Shown: in pieces, positions 34,658 to 47,147 of the stretch
Layout of the letters: each line of letters begins with the position of its first letter
How positions within the stretch are numbered: the first letter of the stretch is position 1
Source of the DNA: Phoronis australis
Lineage: Eukaryota > Animalia > Phoronida
Direction of reading: 5' to 3'
Assembly: GCA_002633005.1 (NCBI GenBank)
Contig: NMRA01000363.1
Location: forward strand, 308,935 to 372,934
Length of the DNA: 64,000 nucleotides
The notes under the pieces: generated by a model
What the model saw: only the letters and a program-made list of their open reading frames with translations
Told to the model about the DNA's origin: nothing
The model's database searches: none
Translations under genes and position numbers: made by a program

Positions 34658-34730
34658 AAGCGCAATGTACCCGGTTGCATGAAACAGTCCCAAATAGGGA
34701 CTATTTCATGCAACCGGGCACTGGGCGCTT
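34658..34730. repeat. Near-perfect hairpin, probably a collapsed MITE
   Basis: cccggttgcatgaaacagtccc-aaata-gggactatttcatgcaaccggg (22-bp stem, 1 mismatch); one arm recurs at about 53074-53105. Confidence 0.8.
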
Positions 34731-34913
34731 GGCATACATGCATGACGGACGAACGATCTGAATTTCTAGAACGAAATTGTTTGTTGTGGCCAACATTAAT
34801 GTCAATTCAAAATAATTCAAACTTCAGTATTTAGGCGATAGTGGTCTTTTGCTATTGACTCAATGTTTTTTAATCAAAATACACCGACTGACCTTTTGCA
34901 TGAAATCATCACC

Positions 34914-35069
34914 CCAGGTGTGCGTTAAGTAACGCTACGACATACGCTAGGACCTAGCTAAAATCTAGTCAGTCACCTGTTCTGATTTAAAATACATGGC
35001 AATGTCTCGCGTAATCTTGTAAAGTCTTGCTTTTTAGCGAGGTCCTAGCGCCACTGAACCGGAGGCAGG
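34914..35069 (-). mobile_element. MITE family A (about 150 bp), inverted copy
   Basis: Reverse complement of 53456-53619 (gttcagtaacgctaggacctcgctaaaaagcaagactt...tattttaaat...ttttagctaggtcctagcgt). Confidence 0.75.
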
Positions 35070-37861
35070 TAAGCCAATGCTGTCCGGAATGTACTCTAGG
35101 ATTTTAGCTTTTCAACTTTAGATTAATGATACGAGACCTCCTCTTAAAATCTTCAATCTCTTTGGAGATAGTAAACAGCTTTGGGTAAGAGTGACAGGGA
35201 TTATTTTGTATTCGACACCTGTTGGCACATGTAAGGAAACCTACCTTGACACCTAAAGCAGTGGAGTTGCTCAATGTCCACTGGTTTGCCTACCTCAGGA
35301 AATTGCCGATTCGGATCAAAGACCTCATGGCCTCAAGCTGCTGTCACCCAACATAAACACACTGGGGGTGAAGGATTTTTTATTTTTGATTTAAAAGATT
35401 TTAAATAGCATATTTGAATCATTCATGAAAAGTAGACATTGCTTGACTTTTGAATTATTAAAATCGGACAAGAAATGTGACTTTTAGCTTTTGAATTTTA
35501 ACCAAATGTTGACCAAATCTCAAGCATTGTTCTGTGCCTCATTAATTCTGTGGGGTTTGCAACATAATGGGCCAATTACCCAACCAGTAGGGAGCTTTGG
35601 ACTTTGAGGTAGGCCAAGTGTCAGACAATTCTAGGCATGTAATCAGGAAAACTGTTTTTATGCATTAAATAGCTCGAATACAAATTCGAAACTAGTAAAT
35701 AAACATGACTATTCTAAATACAAAATGTGAAATAAAGTTTAAACCTTACTAATCATCATTGTAATAAATCAGTATTTTAACTTATTTTTTATTATAGGAC
35801 TTGTCCTAAGCTTGTAGACTTGTCTGGGTCATGTGGCTGATAATTTTGATGGGTGCCCATGTTAATAATAAAGGTGCTGTTTTAAAAGTATTAGTAACAG
35901 GACTTCAGTATCTTTTTATAACAAACTATGAAGAAAACAATTGGTTCAGCATGGTTTAGTTGACAGCATTGCCTTGTGGAATTTGAATTTTGATTGAAAT
36001 CACCAGTGCTGTCTTGCAGTGTTAAGGCAGACATTAAATCTCATTTATATAACTTAAGGATTATGATTTAGGAATATGTGGAGCTACTAAAATTTCAAAT
36101 GTTTGTCCTTAGTGATAAGCTTGAGTGGCTTTTTGCTTAGCTTTTTAATTCAATACTACCTTCTTTTCAATTTTAAAAGAGGTATTAAATCAAGGTCGCA
36201 TTACAATTCACACAGATACAATTATGAATTTCATGATCAACGATGGCATTTTTTCGAGTTTCAGAGAACTTTCCTGCAGATATTTGTTCCTCTCCCAGTT
36301 GCTTAAGGTCTCCAGCAATTTCTTTTTTTGTTTCTAAATGCTAGTTCAATCTACACGAAGCTCAGCAGAACACATAGTCTTTCTTAAAAAGATTGCGAGA
36401 TCAAGGTTCTCGTTTTGCCAAAAATATGCAAAATGAGACAGTATACTCATTTGGCACGAAACAAGCCACCTAAGACACTGAAAAACACAAGAGCTACTAC
36501 AGTCACTGAAGGTGTGACAAAAATGTTTAATAAAGTACGTCATATGCGGCTACCTCTTAAAAATGCCCGGTGTCAGCTTTTTCAACTAAAAACAGCATAG
36601 AGAGTCAGAGCAAAATTAACAGGATTCCAGCAGAGCAGCAACTTGATATGGATTCTTTTAGTTTCCTTATTATTTTAACGTCAGAGCACCCATGGAAATC
36701 TTTTAGATGAATATGTTTTGATTGATCAGTTTTCAAAAAAGTGAGAATTTTTTACAAACACGTTGCATCTCCTGCAAGTTTGGTAAGTAAAAATACCATC
36801 TAAGGTTATTTTTATTGGCTGAAAATAGTAATTTTGATGTTACGGACGTTGATGACGGATGTGCAAATTGTCTGTAAAAGTTTGTACCTCCATCAAAACT
36901 TTTGGTCAACAGTTTTGAGAAATAAGTTAAAAGAGAATCTGAAATTATTTTAATTTCTATTCAAAACTTTTGACGTGACAAAACTTTTTGACACTTGTTT
37001 GTGAGACGTACAGCACCATGATATCCAGGAATTGGCTTTTGACCCCAAGAGGTCAAATGATAGTTTTTAGAAAGTTCAGGCTTCATGTGATTGCACAAAT
37101 TTGATAATACGGTACAGAAAAATACCGATAATAAGCTAATTTATTACAATAATTAGCATTAGACAGATAAAAACTAGAGTAATTTTCTAGAAAAACTGGT
37201 CCGTTGAAGAAAAAAATGGAAAGCTACAGGAAATTCAAATATGAGCCCTGAAACTAGAGACTGGGTTTCAGACGACACCAGAAATGTCAATCTAGTCACA
37301 GTTTTAATTTTTTGTCTCTAGGTTGACCTTTTCACGGAATTATCCAAATAATTTTACGATATTTTTTGAAAAAGTGTATCAACATATTTTTTCCGCTATT
37401 AAATCTTTGGTATTTTTACGCTAAACTTTACACGGTAATCTGTACTTGTCAACATGACTATTTTCTCCATTATTTCTCAGGCATTTTATAAGCACCCTCC
37501 ATTAGCAAGTATGGAGGTTTCGTTGCTCTGGTTTATCTGGAGAGTGTAGTGCCCATGGCCAAATACTTGTTTTGTGTGCAAAACCAAAAAGCGCGAACTG
37601 ATGTCATGAAGTAACAATGGGTTTGGTGAGCCATGTCTGGTATCTGCAGGTGGCCTGATCAGTGATTTACTGTAGCTGTCGCATTTTACATAGTTGGCAT
37701 TTGCAAGTTAAATCCACTATTCTTAGCGGGTCACATTTCAGTCTCTCATGTCAGACCACAATTGGAAGTCTCTTTTTAATTCGTGCAGTTTGCTATCCCC
37801 GTCTCCCACGTGCACTTTAATTCATTTTCATTTCTGTTGAATGTTTCATTTTTCTAGTATT

Positions 37862-38760
37862 TCATACTGTCAATAATACACTTACAAGGAAGTCACGCAT
37901 TTCTACACATATGCGTGAATTTTCACCACTCGTCCTTCTGAACGGCTTTTACCTGAGGATCAAAGTGAGTGCGGTGCCGCAGTCGGATACAGTTGTGATG
38001 ATCACATTGTCCAGAGTGAAGAAGAGCCAATTAGTGTAATTAACGGTCCATAAACTGTAGTAAACATCTCTGCCTGTACAAAGTGGCAAATTTTCAAAAC
38101 GCATTAACCCATAATTTTTGTTAAAAACGAACACCACGGTGGTATTCAGGTGGAAAAGACAACCACGTATGGTTTTCGATTTTTAAAAATTGGTGAACCA
38201 ATAAGCTAAAAACTACAAACATTGATCAGAGTTAACAATATCGTATGGATTATTCTTTTAATATTTTTCAATCTGGTTTAACCAGATTTTTCGGACTAGG
38301 AAACAGTTGTCCTTAACTTGTGCCCACTCTTCCCTTTTATGACTGACAAAAAGCTAGAAAAGTTATGTAGTCTGTGCAACCGAAATTGCCCAGAACGGTT
38401 CAATTTGGCCATCACCATATTTGCACTTTTATATATTTTTATGATTTGAGTTCTTTTATGAGATAAAACTTGAACTATTAACATGTTTAAATTTGTTTGC
38501 TGTGAAATGTTCAGAGTAGCTGTAGTCTGGAAAGTTGAGGGATGAGTTCACAATAAACCACGGTTTTGGTACTACAAATTTAAAAAAATAAAATATAAAG
38601 ATATCAACCAGTTCCCGGTAAAAAAATCAAGTTGCGACAGAAGTATTAAAACTGAAATAATGAAAACTGGTACGAAACATTCGCTCCTTTGGGGAAGTGT
38701 CTTTTTGTGAAGAGAAGCACAAATTAACCTTTTTAGTCATTTTGTAATATTTAAAATGTA
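37862..38760 (-). repeat. Right arm of the diverged long inverted repeat pair
   Basis: See 33447-34629; ends abruptly at TA|GGGTAGTTCCGGGAAACTCGGAC (38761), probably the terminus of another DNA transposon. Confidence 0.8.
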
Positions 38761-41407
38761 GGGTAGTTCCGGGAAACTCGGACGGCGGTAAAATTCGGAC
38801 AAGTCTAAATAAACGTCAAATATATTAACAACCAAGATGCCTTACCACTAAATGTAGCGAGGACAACATATGTCACCAAATCGCTTCGCGTATCTGTCAC
38901 CGTGTAAAATTTGCACATTACAATCGGCAAAAAATCACTCAAAAATGCAATAAATGTGAATAAAAATTACTTCAAAGTATGAAATAATATGTTATTTTAC
39001 TTAAATGTTAGTCTTTTTTCGTCGCAAAATCCGTTTAATAATACTTTGCACGAGTTTTTTTGCAGCGACGTGACCGACATTTCAAAGCAAAATGGTCGCC
39101 GGTAAAAACAACTGGTATTTGATTTTCAACTCAGGAGAAGACTAAACTCTCGAATTTTGGCGTGAAACTTCGTGAACCTGTAGAAGAAACCCTTACGCAC
39201 GTTATTACGTAAGTATTTTTCACTTTCGTGGTCTTAAAAGTTGAAAAAGTTGCCAGTTCCCGCGACCTTCAACTTTGACCTGAATTAATTGGTACATTTC
39301 CTAATTTGCGCACATAATGAATCGTATTGCGCACTAAAGGGTTCATCAATGAACTATTTCAAACACTTGTTGCAAACGGGCCCTTCGTCGATTTCTGACA
39401 ATCCGGCGTATTTCTGACTCACTTCGTAGTTCCGGGTACTGCCGCTAGGGGTGCTCCTTCGAATCGCGGCGAATTTTTGGTTCCCAAACTAAAGCATTTC
39501 AACTTTTCCTGTTGAAAAGTTAATGTAAAAGACACCCAAAAAGTAATTTCTTGTTGTGAGAACAATGATTCTCTCATTTAAGGTTCTTTTTTCCTATTTT
39601 TGCCTCACATTTTTGTAGGTCAGGCCGGCACTAAGACCTGACTTGTGGCCAGACAGGACCACCCATACTGGCAAAGACAGTTTAGCCAGCATATGTCAAG
39701 ATAGAAAATGAAAACATTTTAATTTTAGAGTAAACAAGTATTACAACTGTGTATTTCTACTCCAGTGCTGTGTTTTCAACCAAAACTTTATGTTTACTAC
39801 CATGAAAAACTCATGCTATCAATATTTTTTTTGAATAGATAGTTTTTACAAAACAATTCAGATTCTTCTAGATTGTTATATATCTCAGCCTGGCCTATAT
39901 CTTTCAGGTAACCTTTGTTGGAAAATGCTGTGGACCAAACCAGTTGTTACTTTCTTCATCATTTTTTTCTTATAATTTCATTCCTGTTTGTCAGTTTACT
40001 ATAATACATATCATCATGTCTCAGCTCGCATTTCTGTCTCATCAGACTAGCTCTTGGTCCAGATCCTTCTTCTTTCCTGCTTCTACCAATTCTACTTGCA
40101 GTCAGCAAGTGAGTTTGGCTCAATACCCACTACGATGAAGATGAGGCTCTGCGCACCTTTCGGATAATGGGACGATTTTGGTTAAGAGAACCTCGAAGTG
40201 CTGGAGTGCTCCATATTGTGTATTGGTATTCCACTGACTTAACAACCCCCTTCCTGGAAGATGATACAACTCTGTGAAGTACTCCACTGACTTAGTGAAA
40301 GTGTTTGGCTCCCCCCCCCCTCCTTGAGGATGCCATAAGTCTGTAAGGCACTCCACTGACTTTCGATAGTCAGTGAAAGGGTTTGGCCCCTTGAAGAGGC
40401 CACAAGTCTGTGTAAGGAACTCCACTGATTGTCTGTTTACTTGCAGGTACTCACTGTCAATAATCAGTGAAAAGGTTTGACCTTCCTTCCTTGAGGATGC
40501 CTTGAGAACTTTACTTATCTGCCCATCATACATACCTTTATGTGTTCAGATCAAGACAACTTTGAAAATAAATATTGCAGTTCTCGTTTCCGGCATAGCA
40601 TGAACTTTCCTGCATGGCTTAAGACAAGGTCTGCATTTTGTTACATTGTTGTGGAAAGTATGTTTAATTTCTATTTAGTGTGTGAAGCTTGTATTAAAAT
40701 TTTTGTTTATCATACTTTTCATCAATACATATTTGAAATGATGTTGTTTATCTTTAATCTTTTAAAGTAATGCATTTTGACATTTAAGTAAGTCGCAAAC
40801 TGCATGTGCATGTCAACAAAAAAAGTCACACAATAATATTAATAATTTGCCCAAACCAATTATGAGATTTCAACTTCCCTGATGAAAAATCTTGAAATGA
40901 TACTAGCTTATTTTTTTTCTTGAGTAATTGTTATTTTATGCCAATTTGGAACGACAAAATTGTACATACTGACTTTTCTTCGTCGACTTTGTTGACTTGA
41001 AGGTCAATATCTTCGCACAGGAATGTCCAATCGGAATGTCCGTTTTTGCAAATTATTCATCATAAAATTTTCTTTGAAATGATGTATAACATGTCTGTCT
41101 AGGTTACGTAGATTTGTAACCATTATATTTCAAACTCACAAATTTGATTAGACAGAATTTTTACCAAAAAATTTGACACAAAAACACAATTTTCTCCGGA
41201 ACCGTAAGTCCGATTTAAAAATTTTTTGCACCGTTCTTTTAGTCTCGTAGAGAGCTTTCTCGTGATGTATATTACATGCACATTTTCTAAAATTTTTGAA
41301 AAATGCTGTTCTCACTACTAAATGAAAAGATTATTCACTTCTTTGAACAATAGTGCAATCGATTGGTGATTATTGGACCAAAATATAAGCAACTATTAAC
41401 AACCATT

Positions 41408-41614
41408 ACGGCACTACCCTGTAATTGTTGACGATAACAGTGGCACCTGGCGATAACTTCGATAGGACTGAAGTTGACCGTTCATACTGCACCGCAGCGT
41501 CGACTCTGCGCTGTTAAATCCACCTGTTAACTGCGATCCAGGACCGAAGTTAATTAAGCTTTCATACTGACCGCAACCCCCCAAACCATCGACGCGTCGA
41601 CGTAAAGGCCCTTT
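41408..41614 (+). mobile_element. Partial copy of the Harbinger-like MITE at 8291-8790
   Basis: acggcactaccctgtaattgttga...ttcatactgaccgcaac...gcgtcgacgt...aaaggccctt matches 8556-8790. Confidence 0.8.
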
Positions 41615-41863
41615 TTGAGTTGTAAAATAGTCGGCCGTGACAGTGGCAGCGCCAGCGGTTGTTCGAACCGGCTACATTAGTCATTATACATTATGTAGCC
41701 GTTTCGAACAAGTAAGTAGGCCTACCGAACTAAGTGTGAAGCGTTGGCGTAGCAGTGCACCAATTTTCGCGGGCTGGAGACCATGCTGGAGAGTAGCAGG
41801 GTATAAATATCGATATTGTCGTTCAACAATTCAAAGGTGTATACAGCACCTCGTATTACTTAC

Positions 41864-41919
41864 CCAGTTTCATCAGATATGTAAGGAGGTAGATTGGGCA
41901 ACCTGCTTTTGTCGGACAT
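41864..41919 (-). CDS. DAZAP1: DAZAP1-like exon 1 (start codon)
   Basis: aaaATG TCC GAC...: MSDKSRLPNLPPYISDETG|gtaagt; phase 2 joins to KIFVGG as in DAZAP1 'DEIG|KLFVGG'. The full join gives 348 aa. Confidence 0.88.
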
Positions 41920-42069
41920 TTTATAATTCAAGAAAGATCGCGAGCAGCTCGCGAGATTCTAAAAGTAGCAGACGACTTGAAAAAGCAATATCTAACCACG
42001 TGCTTCGAAACTGTAACCTGTGACATCTGACCTATTTATTCACAAAAGTCTATCACATGACTTGACAAA
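41920..42069. promoter_or_regulatory. Compact bidirectional promoter shared by DAZAP1-like and GLMP
   Basis: 150 bp between divergent ATGs; palindrome TCGCGAGC-A-GCTCGCGA (41938-41954), E-box CACGTG (41997-42002), M-box/CLEAR-like TCACATGAC (42053-42061), YY1-like CAAAATGGC over the GLMP ATG. Confidence 0.75.
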
Positions 42070-42171
42070 ATGGCTGCTCACATGATTAGATGCTGTTGTT
42101 TTGGGCTTCAGATTTTGCTCGTTATTTTTGTAGTACAGATAGCCAGTGATGACCAGAATTTCTCAAGGACG
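42070..42171 (+). CDS. GLMP: Glycosylated lysosomal membrane protein (NCU-G1), exon 1 with signal peptide
   Basis: MAAHMIRCCCFGLQILLVIFVVQIASDDQNFSRT|gtaaat. Join 42070-42171,44970-45257,45932-46129,46926-47147,48431-48720,50313-50481 gives 422 aa. Confidence 0.85.
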
Positions 42172-42796
42172 GTAAATTAACACATAATGACGTGTTTTTT
42201 ATTGAATTTAGAAGGTTCACGATTGAGAATTATGTGCCATGAATAATATTGTAGATTTTGTAATCACCGTCTCTAGTACCAGTACTACTACTAGTACTAG
42301 AAATAGAAGTAGCCTAGCGTAGCTGTGCTTAGCTGTATGAAGACTGTCGTCAAAATACAGCTAGGTACCACTGTGTGTATTTCTTCCATAGACCCCGAAA
42401 TTGCATGCAACCAGGGTAGTTCTGCTCGTCACCGCGCCGTGAAACTTGCATCAAAATGTAAAGCTAAAGACTGGACGGGGTGCATGCAAAATCTGAGATT
42501 ATCAACCGATTGCCTGTTACAGCCTTGACAGTGCCACCGTCTCGACTGGCAGTAATATAAACTTGGGCTGCTTCGGAAGAATAAACCAACATATTTACAT
42601 GCACCTATCCATTTCAAAAACACAGCATCTAGACAAATAATGAAATTAATCATCAATCTTATGAGAATTAAATAAGGCACACAATCTTTTGTTTCAAGGA
42701 ATGTTCTCATAATGTCCACTTGTGATTGGTATCTTGATCTTGTTATTGCCACAATGGAATTTGGTCAATGATATTCTCTCATTAGTGTTAAGCACA

Positions 42797-43035
42797 GAGG
42801 AGGCAGTGTGGCCTGCTTGATTAAGTGCCCGCTTTCTTTACTCGACGTTGTGGGTTCAAGTCCTACCAGGTCACACTGCTAAACCCTTGAGCCAGGTTTC
42901 TAGCTCCTCAGCTTGGTTTTAACCATATATTAATAAAGCATAAAAATATTTCCGGGTGATCAGTGCAATGGGCCCACATGTGAGGCCTGCGCACGTCTGG
43001 TACAACGTGTATCAGACCGCCTGCACTTATTTTTT
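42797..43035 (+). mobile_element. tRNA-derived SINE-like element
   Basis: A-box-like GTGGCC and B-box GGTTCAAGTCC (42853-42863); second copy inverted at 2297-2560. Confidence 0.6.
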
Positions 43036-43895
43036 ATATTATAAGCACAGAAAGGTATTTTTCTAATTTTAGCTTATTGGTTAGTCTGAATTTGTTTGGT
43101 TGTCAGTGGTCTTTCAGTATCTTTCACTCAAAAGTTATTGTCTGCTCCCAGCACTAAATGTTGTCGTTGCTTGGTAAAATGCACTGGAGGGCTGCCTTGT
43201 ATGGCAGAATAGCTAGGCTCATGAATCAGCTACCAGTGGCATTGCCACTTCTGCTAGTGGTGTCAGGTTTTGGGGATTCCTTGCGGACATTCATAGCCTA
43301 GAGTAATCGTATTTTGTGACGTCGGCAAGAGATATCTGGAACTCAGTATTAGTCTCAAGTGTTTTTGGCGGTCTTAGTATGTTATGCATGAACTTGGAAT
43401 CCTGCATAATCTCAAGATCCATATGGATGAACTTTGAATTGAATATTCATGTGGGAAATCCAGTGAATTTTTTGTTCACTGTAAAGAATTGTAATTATTG
43501 GCCCCATGATCACCCATTTTCTCCTTTAACGTAACTTGTGCGAAAGAATGAGAGGAATAAGTAAGTTAAACCAATTATTGTTTTATGAGTAAGATCGCCA
43601 ATAGTTGAAAAAGGATTGGTTAAAATTTACTTTATTTTATTAACATGATTGCAATTTTTATCAAAGTGAACTTGATTAATTGTTAATTAGAGTGCACTTG
43701 TCAAGTTTCCTCGCGTATTCCAAGTTCACGCATTCACACAACAGTTCCTTCAATTCAATTGCAGAAATTGTGTCTCATGAAGACCATGCCGTTTGATCTT
43801 TGTACAGTTGTGATTTGCTGAGTAGTTAGTCAGAGGTAAATGCTATCTGTCTGTGTATCATTGTTACTGTTCGAATATATTATTAAGGTCTGCTA

Positions 43896-44058
43896 TACCG
43901 TAATCGTTCGGGTTAACGCCCATGCTCAGTTAACCGCCCATCCCCGACTTTAAGTGGATTTTCGATTTAACCGCCCACTGCTCGGTTAACCGCCCTCCCC
44001 CGATTTTTTGGATTCACCAATTTAACCGCCCAGGGCGTTAACCCGAACGATTACGGTA
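43896..44058. mobile_element. About 160-bp MITE, internal-deletion derivative of the family at 3220-5631
   Basis: TA|CCGTAATCGTTCGGGTTAACGCCC ... GGGCGTTAACCCGAACGATTACGG|TA; perfect 24-bp TIR and TA duplication. Confidence 0.88.
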
Positions 44059-44969
44059 ATTTGTGAATGACATGCTGCCGGGCAACAAACTGGTTCCCAA
44101 GGCAGATCTTTTGGTTCAAGTCCCCTGCTCTGTACATTAAGTTCTCCTCGTGGCTGTCTACTAGTAAGTCAGATGCCCCTTTCCAGCTGCGATCCTGTGA
44201 AACTAAACGGGCACCAAATTCAAAGTATTGTTCCAAGACTCCCCGGCAAAGTTTTTTATGTCAGCTCTCTATGATGGCACCCCTTGAGAGGGGAAGATTT
44301 AAAAAGATTCCGAATATTAATACAAAGTATGTATGTGGTACCCTTTTATGGAGAGTTTTCTGATATGGGAGGACCTTTAGTTCTAGATGTCTCTATTTTT
44401 GCCACATTTTTAACTACTAGTCGGGGATATTCCTAGACTGCGCCTTTGCACCATTATCATGTAAAAAAGTAAAAAGGCGCAAGTACATTGCAGCATTGCA
44501 ACACTGTTCCAAAAATGCAAGATTTTTGTCAACTTACTGTCAGTCAGGTAAAACATGACTCTTCTTATTTTGATTGACCTTGGGGTGTCTGTTTTATATT
44601 AAATACCACTTCAATTACACTAAGTCTGCTGGGCACAACTTTTTGAAAAAAGGCACGCTTTTTATCATCAAGTGTTCAAACCTGGTCAGTAATATTCCCG
44701 ACTTATTTCTGTGATGATTCTTTACTTACGGTATATCACTCAAAACCAATAGCCAAAACTGCCATGTCTCAAGGGCTGGTGCCTTTTCACATCTACACAT
44801 GCAGTACAAACCAGTAGACTAGAAATTGCTTGATATTTATTTTCGTGGAGAAATTTGATGATTGAGAGATAGAATTTCACTTGTCAACCACATTGTGTGC
44901 TAAGTAAGTGATGAATTAAGATTGACTGTGTGAATCATTGGATAGTTAGCCTTCTGAATGTCATTTCAG

Positions 44970-45257
44970 ATCAAGAAAATAGAGTTTAATCCAGGCTGTA
45001 ACATCAGCTTTTGTCAGAATGCGTCGTCCAATGGTAGTCACGTCAACGTGATTCACGTGGAAGCACGGGGTCCCAGGGACAGTCTCCATTATATAGCCAG
45101 CACAGTAGTGACCCCTGTGGTCATTATAGCAAGGACTGTGGGGGAAGGTGCCAAGCTGGTGGTAGATTGGAACAGGTTGCTGAATGGTTCCAATGTGGCA
45201 GATTGTGTACGACTGGATCAAAAGGTGTCATACAGTGAGGCCATGGTGATTACAAGA
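44970..45257 (+). CDS. GLMP: GLMP exon 2
   Basis: tttcag|IKKIEFNPGC...VNVIHVEARGPRDSLHYI...LVVDWNRLL...ITR|gtaagt; the 'NPGC...HV.A.G....LHY' pattern is typical of NCU-G1. Confidence 0.92.
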
Positions 45258-45931
45258 GTAAGTTTGGAGTCAATTGTGACAAGGGAAGTGGAGGACGTGG
45301 TAATGTTACTACCAAATGCTATTGCTTGTGTGCATTATTCGTCATTTTTAGGTGATGGAGGACCTTATAAGTCTTTGAAATTTACTTCTGTAAGAGTATG
45401 TGTTTTCTGAAAGTTGAAAGCTTAGTATAAAATTTGATTTTTGACTTGATACCAATCTGCCATTGACTGGGTCTAGAGATCGTGTCTTTTTAGTAAAATA
45501 TGACAAAAAAGAAACGTACATTTATTGTACAGCAGCAATATCATCAACACTGACTTAATTTAGTTTGATACGAAGTCTCAAAAATGCTGTTTTGTGTTTC
45601 TAATTGATCATTTTGTTTTATTCAGATTTGTAGGGAGTTGTTTAATTAAAATCATGGAAGTGATGATCACTTATGGCATAATGTATCTAATCCCATTGCA
45701 AGAGCACAGCTAAACTATTGTAGTTGTCAGTGTGAGTCATCCAGTAAGTTTTTGTAAGATTTCAGACCGAATTGTTACACATGTGTATTAGCAGAATTAA
45801 AGTGTCCTAGCTCTGGTTTGACTAATATGGTAAAGGGGTCTATTGTTTACATTTCTTTTGAAAACTGTCAAATACATTTATCCTTGATTTTCAGGTTCAA
45901 ACTTGAATTGCAGCTCACTTTTCATTTTCAG

Positions 45932-46129
45932 ATGATAGAGTTCAATGACACTGGGGACAAAGCCAATTTGACAGCATCCAATTTGACATTGTCACACCCC
46001 CTGGGTGATTTCAACTGGGCAAAGGCAGAGTTATTTTCCAATGACACCGCCCATCTTATTGTGTTCAATGCCACTTGGAAGCTCAACACAGACAAGTTTA
46101 AGGCAAAGAACGGATCGTTAAATATAAAA
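45932..46129 (+). CDS. GLMP: GLMP exon 3
   Basis: tttcag|MIEFNDTGDKANLT...NGSLNIK|gtgagt; many N-glycosylation sequons. Confidence 0.92.
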
Positions 46130-46925
46130 GTGAGTTCTTTATTGGATGGCGGGACTTAGGTCATCGCTGACCACTGCTGCAGGAAAAACTGCTCTGGTAA
46201 TGAATTTGGCTTCTGCTCAGCACTCGTGACGAGGAATTTCGGACCACTTTTTCTGAATACTTTTGGATTGTACTGTTAATCTGTAAGCCTATGCTTATAA
46301 TCTTACTTATGTCGTATCAATTTATCTCCACGATGTAACCAGGTGCGGCATTTTCACATGCAAAAAGCACTACATTATTGTGTAATATCAGACTTCAAAA
46401 TTAATAATAAGCGACCATTTCTGCCTTTGATAACTTCATTTTGCTTCCTTTGTCATAAATTTCCCCTTTGCTAAATTAGTTTTGAGTGGTCTCACGAAAT
46501 GTTATGATCGTTTCCATGTTGTTTGGCAATTTCAAGTGAACTGACTTGTGGATGAGAGTGTGTCGCTTCCTGCTGACTGGCATGCAAGTGCTTTACTGCA
46601 GATGGCTCTGTAAACTGTGTCATAAACCCTTGAGTACAACAAACAGGAGTACTGTAAATGTTATAAAGTTTGAGACGCAATATTGTAGGCAAATGAAAAT
46701 TTATTTTGTTGAATTTTCGAACTGAAATAACTAAGAACGTTGAGCATGGTTTGCACAGTGTATCAAAATTACAGTATTTTTTAATATTTAGTTGTAGCAA
46801 GTCTGAGTGGTTAGAAAAATGCTAAGTTTAGCAATTATTTTTGTCTGAAGTTGAAGATTATTTAAATGTCATTAAATGGCAATACTGTATAAATTGTACA
46901 TCTTGTTCACATTTCTCACCGACAG

Positions 46926-47147
46926 GTGAAGGTTTATGGCGACACTGGGAGGCCAGACAAACTACCAAGACTAGCGACCACGCCTAACATGTCGCAGGTG
47001 GAGTTTGAATTAGACAACTTCACCAGCACATGGAATGGTTCACGGTTTGCTCTCGAGATGGTGCTGATGACCAACGACAAGGATGATCCGACCAAATTAG
47101 AGGTGTTGAACTCTATTGATGATGAGCACTCTCCTGGGGTGTTTGAG
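46926..47147 (+). CDS. GLMP: GLMP exon 4
   Basis: VKVYGDTGRPDKLPRL...SRFALE...SIDDEHSPGVFE|gtacgt; SIDDE.(S/T)PGVF is the NCU-G1 hallmark. Confidence 0.96.

Noticed and set aside
40200-40510. Loose repeats of ccactgact...agtgaa...ggtttg...ttgaggatgcc and the 137-aa ORF over them
   Set aside because: A degenerate short tandem repeat in an intron with no support for coding or structural function.
42797-42870. tRNA gene
   Set aside because: A/B-box-like motifs are present but there is no cloverleaf, and it continues into a body shared with 2297-2560, so it is a SINE head.
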